From positions 34,878,957 through 34,942,956 of the forward strand of contig NC_058134.1 in NCBI RefSeq assembly GCF_016433145.1: a stretch of DNA of 64,000 bases, written 5' to 3'. The translations under genes and the position numbers were made by a program. Positions 26,886-39,802 of the stretch are shown here, in pieces. The number at the start of each line of letters is the position of its first letter. Within the stretch, counting starts at the first letter, position 1. The stretch is from Gracilinanus agilis. Its lineage: Eukaryota. The notes beneath the pieces were generated by a model. That model was given only the letters and a program-made list of their open reading frames with translations, did not search any database and was not told where the DNA came from.

Positions 26886-28971
26886 TTCTCCCCTAACTTC
26901 TAATTTCTTCCACCAAGGAATAAAATATTGGAACTTACAGGATCAAAGGGACATCTATTTAGAACTGTAATAGAGACCCCACTTAGCGTTATGTCCCTAA
27001 TTTTACAGTTAGGGAAACTAAAACTCAGAGGAGTTACCCTATATTCCAAGCAAACTAGTTTACTTTCAGTTTCATGCACATGCCCCATAGATGTCACACA
27101 CTCTCTGACCTTAGTACCTGTGCAAAATACCTACAGTCATCTTACTCCTCACTTCTGCCACTTGGAATCACTAGCTTTTTTTGAGACTCAACACAAGTTC
27201 CATCTCCTCCAGGAGGTATTTGCTTGATTCCTCCAGTTATTAGTGAATGAATGATTTTTGCCCCAATTTCATATGGAAATTCTTCTGTATTTACATTGTC
27301 TATAGTTTACTTCTACTTTTCTAGGGAGAATTGTATTCTTCCTAGTAAACTGAAAATTCCTTCAGGGCAGGGACCATTCCATTTTCCTTTGATTCCCAAG
27401 CACTTAGTATGGTATTTTATACACAGTATGCTTGGGATAAAAAACAGTTCCATTGAGTTGAATTATGTGACCTTAGTTAAGTCCCTTTCTCTTTCTGTAC
27501 TTCATTTTCCTTCTACAAATTGTGCATAGGGAGTTCAACTAGATGACTTCCGAGATTCTTCACAACTCTAAACTCATAATCCTAGAGAGTTTAATAAGAG
27601 CCATCTCAAAAGAATCTACCTGGGAGTACATAACAGTACCTTGGACAATATGTGCCCACCGTTATTTAAAAAAATTTTTTTTGCCCACCGTCATTTTGAG
27701 AATACTTGGATTTGAAATTTTTCCTAGAAGAGTCCATTGGCTAGCTTAGCAACTAGCTTCAGAGAGCTTTGCGGGAAGATCATAGGGTTATAAAAATACT
27801 AATGACCCTTCTGTTAGAGGCACCGTGATGGCACAGTAGATAGACTGTTGGACTTGGACTCAGGAAGACCTATGTTGAATCTGGCCTCAGGTATTTACTG
27901 TGTAAATCTTGGCAAGTTACTTAAATACGTATTTGGCTCAGTTTCCTCAACTGCAAAATGGGGATAATAATAACACCTATCTCCCAGGGTTATTGTGAAG
28001 ATCAAATGAGATAACATGTAAAGCACTTTGCACAGTGCCTAGCATCTAGTAGGTGTTTAATAAATGTTTGTTTCTTGTTTACTTTCTATCCTTAAGAATG
28101 CCAGATGTACTTCCCAGATCTGAGTTTGACAATGTTCTTTAGCAGAAGGTGACAATATTCCACTGCACCCCTCTTGGGCTCTCCAGTGTCTGTGCTGCAT
28201 TCAGAAATAGTTATCACTTAATTCTAAATAGTCCAGATGAGAAATAGTCCTCCTGTTTTAGATAAGAAGGAGTCTTCTATGCTAAAATGTATACTGAAAG
28301 AGGCACAGAGGGACCAATTCCTTTCTCAACAAGAAGCAAATAAATCAATAGATGTCTCTTGTGTATCTACCATTTATCAGGCAGTATACTAGGTGGCCAA
28401 GTGGAAAACATATATGATACAGCTCCAGATCTCAGGGAGTTTCCATTCAATAAGAAGATATATGTGTATGTAAAACAATATAGCAAATAAGCGCATGCAA
28501 AAACAATAAAAATGATACATGAGATATTCTCTCGGTAGGGACAGTTGAAATTGGAGGAACATGGTGGGCCTTAAAATGTGAGTGCAGATTTGAAGGAAAC
28601 AAAAGATTTACCCAGTGAGTAAGATGTTTCCCTCTAAACTGGAGACTTAGACTCTGCTGAAAATTAAAAGCATAAACACCTTTTATTCCCACCTGCCCCT
28701 GTTTTATTTTCTTACTTTTTAATTCAAGGATGTGGTACATACCCATTTTATCCACTTTCTTTTAGTCCACAGTTGGACAGTACCAGTAGCCAAATATCAA
28801 TGTTGCACTCTCTTCATTCACAGATGTCTATTACCTTCCCTCAAGACTGGGACAGGAAGCTGAGAGATAAATACCGATGCATATACCCATTTTGTCTTTC
28901 CCACATTCCTCTGCCACATCATTGTCACTGCCCTTATCTGTTCTTGTAACAACTAAGGCTGCTTCCTCGAT

Positions 28972-30045
28972 TCATAAGTTGGTATGAGGTCTCTCTCCTT
29001 GGGACACATACTCCTCCATTTTTGACAAACTAGGGGAATTACTGAATTTAGCACAGTTATGGTCACAATATCTGGCCTTTACTTTGTCACTATATCTGGT
29101 ATTATCCCTGTTGCTACTATTATTGGTGTTGTATCTAGAATTATAGTATATGCTTCTCCTGTTGTTGTTATTTTTGTTATTGCTCTTATTCCCAAAATTA
29201 ATCTTTTATTTAAACCTACATTTACAAACAATATGCCCAAGTCTCGAGCACAAGAAGCAATGCTTGACAGAGTTGCTATTATTGCTGGAGGATTGCCTAG
29301 ACCTGCTCTGGCTCTTCTGTTTGCTGGACATCAGAACCATGTTCTTAATTTCCTCATTCTTCTTGGACTTTTGAGCTTCCTTTAGTTGTCTCTTCAGCTC
29401 TGCAATCTCCCTATCTTTTTCTGAGGCCTTTGATTTCTTAGGTTCACTAGACTCATGGATGTATGCAGCAGTCTTTCTTAGTTCTTCAATGGGCATGGTC
29501 TCTCATTTAGGGCAATGCAACTTGAAATAAGCCTGGATGTGGTTCAGACTGCCTTTTACAAAATGCCTCCTGACATGCTGGATGTTATCCTCAGCTGTCA
29601 TGTCCCTGAAACCTAGGATAGTTTCACTTGCCTCTAAGAGCCTGTCCAGGAAAAGGCTTGGGTGTTCTTCCTCCCCTTGTCTTAATTTATCAAAGGAGCC
29701 CCATGCATTTGATAGTCTTTCATGCAGCCTCATTGCTTCTGCTAAGTCCTCTCTACACCTTTTAAGATTAGCCATATTTGCATGTGAGGAGAGTTCTAGA
29801 TCCTAGTGTTGTTCAAGCCATGAGGCAAGATTGGGATTGCTTCTTGTCTCTGCTATAAACTTTACCTTCTCACTAGTGGCGTATAATTCTGATAGGAGCA
29901 ATTCCACGTCCTCAAATGTTGGATTGTAAAGTCTCACACGCTGTTTATATTCTTTTATAGGCTTATGGGGATTTGTGTAGAACTGAGGAAACCTCCTTTT
30001 TAAGGTCTCCAAATCACCCCCTGAGAAAGGTTTGTAGCCCTTAAT
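28972..30045 (-). pseudogene. Endogenous retrovirus gag remnant (class I / gamma-epsilon-like capsid plus CCHC nucleocapsid), 3 internal stops, no frameshift
   Basis: One frame: YKPFSGGDLETLK...LYNPTFEDVELLLSELYATSEK (like the p30 N-terminus PFSxxDL...PTWxDxxxLLxxL), MHR-like LRQGEEEHPSLFLDRL, zinc knuckle CFLCSRLGHIVCKC (C-X2-C-X4-H-X4-C); stops at 29803, 29503 and 29206. Confidence 0.9.
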
Positions 30046-30479
30046 ATGTATAAGACAAGAGATGATTTGGTTTTTAAAAGGCTGATGCAGTTCATTCTGC
30101 TTGATTTGGCTTCATGTCATGCTTCTTTCACATTCAGAGTTAGATTTTATAGTCCATATAATTGAGGGACAGTTTCTGGGCTGTTAATGACAACCAACCC
30201 CTGATTTTCATGTAATGATTTTGAAGTATTTTGGTAGACACTAATCATTGTAACTTAGAAATATATCAAACACTGGCCAAATTATAGCATCTTCTAGATA
30301 TGGTGGACATCTGGCTTTTCTATTCTCTTCAACTCATAGTGCCTTTGTCATGACACTGTTAATTTGTCAATCAAGAAACATAACAATATTTGCAATTATT
30401 TTGTAATCAAATAAATGTCTATGTTCACATCCATGACTATCTCCTTATGAAGTTGAGACGATTTTCCTAGCATCATAGA

Positions 30480-30900
30480 ATATCTAGGTTGAAAAGAAGT
30501 AGAGACTCTCTGTACAAGAATCTCTCCTTCAATGTCCTTAACAAGCAGACATTTGCTCTCTGCTCTAAGGCGTCAATTGAGGGTAATGCTCTACATCCCA
30601 GGGCAGCCCATTCTATGATTGAATATTTCTCATTAGAAGTAGGTTTCTTTTCTTACATCAGATCTAATCCTTCTAATTTCTGTAACTTCCAACTAATATT
30701 CCTAGCCTTTTCTCCTGGGGCCAAATAGAACAAGTTTAATCCTTTGCCCACATATCAGTCTTTCAAATACTCAAAAAGTTCTCAATAACCCCCAAATTCT
30801 TCTTTGCCAAATACCTCTGGTTTCTTCAACTGATTTTCTTAGGCACGTTCTCCTTTTCTTTCACCCTCCTACTCACTTTCCTCTAAATTCATTACAAACA
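30480..30900 (-). mobile_element. L3/CR1 3' fragment
   Basis: CR1 3' end motifs (cttcaatgtccttaacaagcagac, gggcagcccattcta, ttctcctggggccaaatagaacaag). Confidence 0.7.
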
Positions 30901-31542
30901 CAATGTCCAATACCGGAAAAAAAATCTGTATGTGTGGATTTTCTGGAGAATAGAATTAGTGAAATTATGGCTTTCCTCATTTATGGTCATTATGCCTTTC
31001 AGAAATCAACCAAAGAGAGCATCAGAATTTTGGCTGGCATGTTACACTTTTGACTTTTATTGAAATTGAAGTATAATTGCTATCCTCTCCCTCCTAGGTT
31101 TTTAAAACAATAGTTGACATTTATAAATCATTTGAAGTTTACAAAGAACTTTACAAATGTTGTGCTATTTGATTCTAATAATGTCTCTGGGGCAGTTGCT
31201 ATTTTTATCTTCATTTTGAAGTCAGTGAAACTGAGGCAAACAGAGGATAAGTGACTTGGTCAGGGCCACATAGCTTGTAAGTGTCTGAGAAAGGATTTGA
31301 ATTTATGTCTTCCTGGACTCCAAGGTTAATTGCAGCCATTAGAGTGGTACACATTATGCATTGCCACCTACCTGTTCCTTTTTTACAGGGATTATGATCC
31401 GGTGAATGTATCTTTGTTCTGTATATGTGAAACTAGTTGATTTTACCCACAAAAGAAGGAATTTATATTGATTTATAATCATTGCATCTTTTAAAATTTG
31501 GCCCACTCTCTCAGCCTATTTGATAAAAATAAGTTAGTGTTC

Positions 31543-32395
31543 TCCCACCTAGCAGATTGGCTAAAATGATAACATGGGAGAGTAATGAATGTTGGAGGGA
31601 ATTTGGCAAAAGTGGGACATTAATGCATTGCTGGTGGAGTTGTGAACTGATCCAACCATTTTGGATGGCAATTTGGAATTATGCCCAAAGAGCTCTAAAA
31701 GACTGCCTGCTCTTTGAGCCAGCAATAGCATTGCTGGGTTTGTACCCAAAAGAGATCATAGATAAAAAGACTTGTACAAAAATATTTATAGCCGTGCTTT
31801 TTGTGGTGGCAAAAAACTGGAAAATGAGGGTATATGCCCTTCAATTGGGGAATGGCTGAAAAAATTGTGGTATATGATGGTGATGGAATACTATTGTGCT
31901 CAAAGGAACAATAAACTGGAGGAATTCCATGTGAACTGGAAAGACCTCCAGGAATTGATGCACAGTGAAAGGAGCAGAGCCAGAAGAACACTGTACACAG
32001 AGACTAATACACTGTGGTAAAACTGAATGTAATGGACTTCTGTACTAGCAGCAATACAATGACCCAGGAAAATTCTGAGGGATTTATGGAAAAGAATGCT
32101 ATCCACATTCAGAGGAATAACTGCAGGAATAGATATACATAAGAAAAACAACCGTTTGAACACATGGATTGATGTGGACATGGTTGGGTATGCAGACTCG
32201 AAACGACCACACCAATGCAACTATCAATGATATATATAAATAAGTCTTGATTGATGTCACATGTTAAAACCAGTGGAAATGCACATTAGCTGTGGGGGGG
32301 GATGAAGGCGGAGTGAAGGGGAAAGTAAAAACATGAATCATGCAACCATGGAAAATTTTTCTAAAAAAATAAAATATTTAAATCACCAAAAAAAT
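31543..32395 (+). mobile_element. 5'-truncated young L1_Mdo
   Basis: CWREFGKSGTLMHCWWSCELIQPFW...CTKIFIAVLFVVAKNWK plus 3'UTR; TSD gttagtgttc at 31533-31542 and 32396-32405. Confidence 0.93.
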
Positions 32396-33499
32396 GTTAG
32401 TGTTCACATAGTGCTTTAAGGTTTTTGAAGTATTTTAAGTATATGCATGTATGTGTATGTATTTTTATCTCCATCTCGGCCTCTTCCCTTTCTCTCTCTC
32501 CCTCTGTCTGTCTCTGTCTCTCCCTCCTCATCTCTTTCTTTCAACTAATCCTTATGCTATGATGAAATTGACACTATTAAAATATACATGTATACATATG
32601 TGCATCTATATTTGGATCTATCCCAGAGTTTGTCATTCAATATATTGGGCTTCTCCCAACCTTTAACCATTTTATATCTTGAGAAGTAAACATAGTTTTT
32701 TAGGGGGTTGGGGGAATAGACCTGTGATTTTATTATTCATGTTATTTATTATATTTCTGACAATATTTATGGAATTTTCAAATTTGACGAACTTCAATTT
32801 TGGGGGGGCCTGGGGAAAAAGAATAGCCCTGGGATTTCATTATTCACATTATTTATTGTGATCCTGCCAACTTTCACAGCATTTTCAAATTTAACAAGCA
32901 AGCAGATGGGTTTTTTTTGGGGAGGGTTGTAGAGAACAGACCTGGGATTTCATTATTCTAATTAGTTCTCAATCTTTACCAATGCAGAAAAATATCTGCT
33001 CTGTATCTTATAGACTTAGACAATTGGGCACTGTGGGGAGGCACTGAGAGCTTATGTGAATTGACCAAATTACACAATATAATATGTGTCAGAGATGGGA
33101 CTAACTATAAGAGGTAATGTGGAGCACTAGAAATAATATTCCTTCTGCAAAATGTGGAATAGAGTTCAAATCTTATCTTTATCATTTAGTATTTGTGTGA
33201 CCTTTTGAAAATTACTCAATTTCTTTGAGCTTCAGGTTCCTCATTTGCAAAATGGGGAAATTGGATCAAGTGGCCTCTAAGGTCCCTTCCAAATCAAACT
33301 CTTTGATTGTATAATAAATATTTGTGTAGGTGGGCAGTTGGGAAAATCCTCCAAGTAATTGACCCATTCAAGAACACATATCATACAAATGTAATAGAAC
33401 ACTATTGTGCCACAATGATGAAAGAAGTGATGAGTTCTAAACTTTGGAAGACTGTTATAAACTGAGACAGAGTAAAATAAACAGAATCAATATAACTGC

Positions 33500-34720
33500 A
33501 AAAGTGTAAAACAGGTCAGGATCAAGGATGTATCTCTTTTCCCTAGGGATCTCTTTCCTAGTAGTTACTGACCAATTAGTGAGTATTCTTGGGTGTGGAA
33601 ATTCAACAAATTGGAAATCTTACTGTACTGCCATTGAATCCTATATCTTTCCATCTTAGCAAGAAATAGAACATGTATGGTTTTGTGAAAGCCTTGCTAA
33701 AAAAAGAAACAACAAAACTCTTCCAGGAATACAGTTCCTAGGACATTCTCCTGATCCACCAGATTAGTAAGCCTTCCAAAAATAGAAATGAGATTGGTTG
33801 GCATGATTGATGAGGCTATGCTGGCTTTTTTAGTAATCACTACTTCAATTTCTAGTTGGTCACATGCCATCTTTTTTGAGAGAATATGTCTCACTCCTTC
33901 ATTCTTGGTTTTTTTTGTCATCAGTGTTAAGTACACAAACACACTATTAGAATTTGTTGATTTATTGATAATATTATGTTAGAAGGAATTGAAACTCTAT
34001 AGTTTATAGCCTATGGTTTGCAGGCTCTATTCACTTCCTTAAAAAACAGGGATAGAATATTCTTCAGTTTTTGGTTAGCTTTTCCATTCTATAAGATCTT
34101 TTCATGAACAATGGCTCACTGGTGCTATCAGTACTCTAGGATGTAGTCCAGACCCACTAATTTGGGCAGAGAAATGCTGCCATATTATTTCCTCATTCAT
34201 CTTGATTTCTACTCCCTGCTAATCATTTTTGTTCTAGTCTTCCAAATCCTCAGGTCATTTTCTTTGGTAAAGAGAAATAATAAAGTCAGAGTTGGGTAGG
34301 TAAGTGTTTCCTCCATCATCCATTATGATCATTCTATCAATCACAAGTAATTGTTGTCTTTCTTGTTCATCCTTTGACTACTATGAGCCTTCAAAAACAA
34401 CCTGTTGTATCTTTTCATTGTTCTTAGCACTCATATCCAACCTCAGCATATTTTGAATTTCAGCACTTCCAATGTAATTAATTCCTAACAGACTGACTGT
34501 GTTAGTTTTATATTTATTATGTTATTTTCTTTTGCTTCAATATTCTGATACCTTTTTAGTATCTTAATTTGTCAGTGTGTTCTCTGTGTATCCATATCAG
34601 TCCTTTTAGGTAGCCCCAAGTTTTCCTTCTCATGATATGATTTATTCCTCTGTCTTCAGACTTTCATTATTAAGAGCTTCCTACTATACTGGAGCTCAAT
34701 CACTATGCAAAATATTAGTT
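33500..34720 (-). mobile_element. L3/CR1 RT-domain remnant
   Basis: Translation LVDQENVLGTVFLE..SKAF resembles CR1 LVDxGxAVDIVYLDFSKAFD. Confidence 0.75.
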
Positions 34721-35894
34721 TACTGGATCAATCAATCAGAGACAGAAGTGTAGTAGTCCCTCAAGAAACTCAAGAGAAAATATATCTAAATGTAAATATA
34801 TACAAGACATACAACACAATCAAATACAAGGCAATGTTGGAATAAAGTCATTAACAGCTCAGAAGACCAGAAAGGATGCTGGCAGGAGAGATTGTTTGAG
34901 TTGAATCTTGAATGAACCATGAGACTCCATGAGAATTGTAGATTGAAAGCAACCTCAGTGATAATCTGGTCCATCCTCTTCATTTTACAGTTTAGCACAG
35001 TGAACTATGGAGAGGCTAAATGATTTGTCCCAGGTTATATAGGTAGTTGGACCACCAGGATTTCAATGTAGATCTTCTGGATTCAGATCCTGAAATCTTT
35101 CCATATCTCAACCAGATGGGGAAGAAAAGCATTAAGGATATGGGAGGCACCCAGACCAAAGTAAAGAGACATGATATAGAATGTTGGGTGGGAGGAATAT
35201 AAAGTGAGCCATATGGTTAGGCCACAGAGGGCAGGAGGGCAGTGATGTAGAAGACTGGAAAATTAGGAAGGGGTCAGGATGTAAAGAAGGACAAATACAG
35301 GAGTTTCTTCTTGATTCTAGAGGCAGGTGGGTGCCACTGCTGTGTATTTATTTGGGGGTTGACATGGTCAAACCAGTTCTTCAGGAAATACACTCCAGCA
35401 GCTGGATGGGGTTTTCTTGTTCTTTTCTTCTACCCTTTTGCCAAAATGGTCATTAAGTTAAATCACAAATGGATCAGTTGCTCTTCTTTTGACTAACATA
35501 ATGAAGATATCTGGATGGTTAAAATTCCCATCATTACCATGATAGTCTGTGCCATATCTGTATTTTTCATCTAATCCCTTCTTCTTATAGCACATTTCAA
35601 TTAACATCATTATTCTTTCTCTTCCCTTCCCTTCTCCTTCCCCCTTCCCCCTTCCCTCTTTTCTCTTTGTCATTTTCTCTTCCTCCTTCCCAATTTCTCT
35701 TTCTCTTTTCCTCTCCTCTATCATCTCCCCTTCCCTTCCCTCCTCCTCTTCTTCTCTTTCTTTTATTTTACTTGTCCTGTCAATACACTTAGAGGATACT
35801 GTAGGGTAGTTTCCAATCTGGCTTTAGTCTATCTTTGGGGCTTCTTGAATATTCCACTGACACTGACCCATTTTGATCAGGAAAAAAGAAAAAG

Positions 35895-36340
35895 CAACTA
35901 TATATTCTCAAATATTTATGGCAGTTCTCTTTGTGGTGGCAAAGAAGTGAAAATTGAAAGGATGCCCATCGATTGGTGAATTATTAAACAAGTTGTGGCA
36001 TATGATTGTGATGGAATACTATTATTTCATAAGAAATGAAAAACAGGCTAATTTTGGAAAAACTTGAAAAGACCCATATGAAATTATGAAGAATGAAACA
36101 AGCAGAACCAAGAGAACATTATATACAACAACAAGAATATTTCTTTGAAGAATGACTTGTGTATGTCTGCCTCCAGAGAAAGAAATGATAAGTAGGAATA
36201 AGTAAGAAAGAGTTTTATATGTAAATACATTTTTTTTGGTCAAATTATTCCTTCTCAGTTAGGGAAGAAATTTAATAGATGATTTCTTGGATAGAGGTCT
36301 CATATCTAAAATGCATCTTTTTCAAGTTTATAAGAAAAAA
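35895..36340 (+). mobile_element. Old L1 3' fragment
   Basis: tttgtggtggcaaagaagtgaaaattgaaaggatgccc...gcagaaccaagagaacattatatac. Confidence 0.8.
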
Positions 36341-36717
36341 AATGATGTCTTCTGTAATGGGGGAAATAAAAGGAGGTATTTAACTGAATACTTTGATGTT
36401 ACAAAAACAAACAATAAATAAGGAACTGGCCTATTTGCTGTTGCCTAGAAATCCATCTCCTTATTTCATCCATTTGTAAATGTCTAGAATTCACTCCCTG
36501 CTCATCTTTGCCTCTTAGAGGTCCTCCCTTCCTTCAAAGTTTATCAGGTGTTGTCTCTTAAGATAAGGATTCCAAGTCCTTTTTCTTTCTTATACTCTTT
36601 AACTTCCAGCACAACCTTTCATGATCCTCTATTTTGTCATAGAGGAGAAAGAGTCTAGAGTTCCCATTTAACATGAATGAAGGCATAACAAACAAAATGA
36701 GATTAATTTCTATAGGG

Positions 36718-36940
36718 CAGTGTTGAGGAAGTATTGGCATGTGTGCCAGGATGGCATGGGGGAGCTGCTCCATTCCCCCTCTTCCCAGTGCCCAATGACA
36801 TTTTTTCATGCCCCACTCCTCTGTCCAGGCTCCCAGAGTGAATGTATCCTCCCTCCACTGTCTGAGATATTGAAGGGGGTTCACAGGCAGCTTGAAGTTG
36901 CAGTCTGGGCACATGAATTAAAAAACATTTGCCAACACTG
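36718..36940. mobile_element. OposCharlie1 (OC1)-like non-autonomous hAT MITE inserted in L2
   Basis: Ends cagtgttg...tggcatgtgtgcc / tttgccaacactg; 8-bp TSD ctataggg/ctatatgg; body similar to 50176-50416. Confidence 0.75.
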
Positions 36941-37449
36941 CTATATGGCAATACTGTTATTTACAACATATTTCCTGTACCCATTTGCAAACTTATTATA
37001 CCCTCTAAGGGGCATGAATAGCCTACTTTGGCAGCCTCTGATCTATAGGAAGACTTTTTTTGTTATTAATACTTACTCATTTATCTTTTCATTTTCGAAT
37101 TATTATGTATGTTCTTTTCTGTTTAGATATTATAATCTCCTAGTAGAGTATAAACTCCTTGAGGGCAGGTGCTATTTAAGAGTTTATCTTTAAATGAATG
37201 CTTATTGGATTGGGTGGTTGAATTAGCCAAGAAGGGGTTGAAGGGGTAAATTATTAAGATAGTTATCTGTGATAAGATCACTTATCCAGTTAGATATCAG
37301 TGAAATGTGATCTATAATTATTTGGCCAACTCAGACCCTTTATAGTTTCTGTGACCCTGGGCAAGTCACTTAGCCCAATTGCCTAGACCTTACTGCTCTT
37401 CTGCATTATTGTTATTATTCTAATAGGCTTAAAAATTCCAATTATTTGG

Positions 37450-39074
37450 CCAAAGGAAGGGATTTTTTTTTGTGGGGGACGTGTGTGTGTTTGTATGGCC
37501 AATAGCAATGGATCACAAGTTATCCACGCAATGGTGATTACGTATTAGTTTACTGCCTTAGAAATTGTCCTTTTTCTCCAGTATCTTTGGTATGTTTATG
37601 AACATATATAATTTCTAAATGATCCTCCAGGAGTCTTTGTCTCTCCAGATGTGTTGGGTCACTGAATTTCCATACCCATTCCTATCAGCAGTAAAGAATA
37701 ATATGAATAAGTTTGTGGGTGATGCATCCAATATGCCAACTACATGGGCTTAGAAGATACAGATATGTCTTCTTAACTAGAAGGACCAAATGCATTAATT
37801 GACACAAACTTTACTTGGTCCTTTGAAGCATCCTAAATTTTAGTTCTTCTTGTTAGAGAAAAGAAAACAATTTAAACAAAGGGGTTTATGCCATTACTAG
37901 ATGGAGCAGTCAATTTGCACTTTTCATAAGATGTATGAAAGTAATAGAACAGGGGACAGAGTTTTGCATTGGATGCTACTTGGCATGGGGAAATTTCTAA
38001 TTTCACTGTGAAATAAGAGATGCCCAATTTTCTTAGATCAAATAGGAAATTCCATCCATCTGCTTCCTTATCATAGGGAGACAAGAATAGTCTTAATTCG
38101 ATCACTAACAAGGGCCCCTGTGCATAAAGAGGGTACCACATCACACAGGTTTCAAGGTTAATGTATTTGACTTAACATTGTGTCTGACATTCCATATTTT
38201 TATTTTATTAGTAAAATATTACCCTATCTTCTTATTGGTATTCCACCAGTATGGTGGTACATTTGTCCCAAACAGCATGCAAATAAAAGGGGATTCCTTC
38301 TTAAACTACAACCTCTTAATAATAAATTATTTGATCTACTATACACAACGGTAGGCCATTTCTTGTTAAAACAGCAAGCTTTTTTCTTTATACCAAAATG
38401 AAAACAAAACATTAATCTCTTTATAAATATTTTAAATATTTTAAATACATATTTCATCCCAAGGATATAAAAATAGCCTTTTTTTTGATAAATAAAGAAG
38501 TTTCATTTACATGACAAATAGCGTGCAACAGCTAACCACTGGCCACCAACTCTATCTGGCTGATTGTCTGGATGGCATGCAGGGATAATTGTCTCTTTGC
38601 CTTCGAATAACAGAAAAAAAAAATAGATCAGCAGGAGCTAGGAGCACCCGGAGCTGACAGGGCTGTGGATATTGTTCAGGAATGACAAACAGGCACTCAG
38701 GAAAAACCTTTGCTTTAAGCCACAAAAGGCTCCCACAACAAAAAGTGAACCATAAAATTCTTTTGTCCTGGACTTCCAGCTGCTGTGACCCCTCGGGGTG
38801 TTTGGACTATTACCAAAGTCTGTGGAACAGACCAATAGGTTAATACCAGTAGAGAAAATGCTTTCCACATGCTTCTGGAATCTAGAAATTGTTGTCTATG
38901 GTATGTATGAGGTTCTACCTTTTCCTAGCCACTCATCCTTTAATAGTCAGGTGCCCCACATTGTTCTGTCTCCAATGGGCAGAGAAAAGGCAAACCAAAG
39001 CAGTCATGCAGCAAGGAGGTTGAAACGGGGAGTCCCATCATATATGCTAAAGGTCCCCTTTTGCAGTCCAGGCA
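37450..39074 (-). other. KCNH8: Putative KCNH8 3'UTR (distal end uncertain)
   Basis: Repeat-free 1.6-kb block directly after the stop codon, bounded by SINE and L2 remnants. Confidence 0.6.
38199..38209 (-). terminator. Candidate poly(A) signal: overlapping AATAAA hexamers
   Basis: Minus strand reads aataaaataaa about 870 nt after the stop, followed by a GU-rich tgtgtgatgtgg near 38140. Confidence 0.45.
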
Positions 39075-39779
39075 TTATACATTTATGGCTTTGTTATCTT
39101 TCACGTCTGTTGTGCTTGTTACAATTTCCAGAGGGAAATCTTCTGAGGGTTTTGGGGGAAGGGATGGCATTCCCTCACGGTCCCAAGAGCCAGGCAAGTT
39201 TTCCAAACTGAGAGAACTGACCGCTCCTTGACTGAAACTACCTTCCTCAGATCTGCTGGGGAGCACGAGGTGTAAGGATGTCTCCGAGGAAGAACATGCT
39301 GAGGATGAGAGCGTTGCCGAAATAGACTGGAGAGGGGTCAGTGTGGTATCTGAATGGGGAGAAGTGCACCTTATAAACTGCAAAGGACCCTCTCGGATGA
39401 CCTGATAATGAGATGGGGAATAGTCAAGGCCTGAACAATGATAAAGGTCATTGTCCAAAAGATTTTGCTCATTGGCTCCAGTTCTTTGGGGGCTGCTACC
39501 AACGGAGGAACGCTCCATTTCCCAAATGCTGGACATGCTGTTACCGTGACAAAGGTGTGCTTTGGGGCAGGCACTCTTGCCTGCTTGCTTGTGCATACAA
39601 GGTTGGTGAGCTGTCCAAGTCATTCTATTCTGTAAGCTCTCAATAGAAGGACACATGGATGCACTGTGCACTGAGCAAAACCCTGTAGGCTTTGGGGCCA
39701 TTAATACATTTTCCAGAAGATTCATTATATTCTTCATATCTTTGCTTAGTTGTGAGACTTCTTGAGTTAAGGTCATTAC
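39075..39779 (-). CDS. KCNH8: KCNH8 (Kv12.1/ELK1) terminal coding exon: C-terminal coiled coil and tail, 234 aa plus stop
   Basis: [26 protein letters not shown]...[11 protein letters not shown]...[10 protein letters not shown]...[21 protein letters not shown]...[21 protein letters not shown]...[10 protein letters not shown] matches the human KCNH8 C-terminus as I recall it, including exon phase and length. Confidence 0.97.
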   Translation of the reverse strand, partial: VMTLTQEVSQLSKDMKNIMNLLENVLMAPKPTGFCSVHSASMCPSIESLQNRMTWTAHQPCMHKQAGKSACPKAHLCHGNSMSSIWEMERSSVGSSPQRTGANEQNLLDNDLYHCSGLDYSPSHYQVIREGPLQFIRCTSPHSDTTLTPLQSISATLSSSACSSSETSLHLVLPSRSEEGSFSQGAVSSLSLENLPGSWDREGMPSLPPKPSEDFPLEIVTSTTDVKDNKAINV

Positions 39780-39802
39780 CTGTAGGAAAAGAGGAGAGTT
39801 AG
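39780..39802 (-). promoter_or_regulatory. KCNH8: Splice acceptor, polypyrimidine tract and branch point of the last KCNH8 intron
   Basis: Minus strand reads taactaac-tctcctcttttcctacag|GTA ATG; CTAAC at 39802-39798. Confidence 0.9.

Noticed and set aside
28770-28971. Retroviral protease or pol after the gag remnant
   Set aside because: No DTG/DSG or LLGRD motif in any frame I translated.
31695-32220. Clusters of similar short ORFs here and at 11041-11503
   Set aside because: Sense and antisense translations of L1 ORF2 and 3'UTR, not separate genes.
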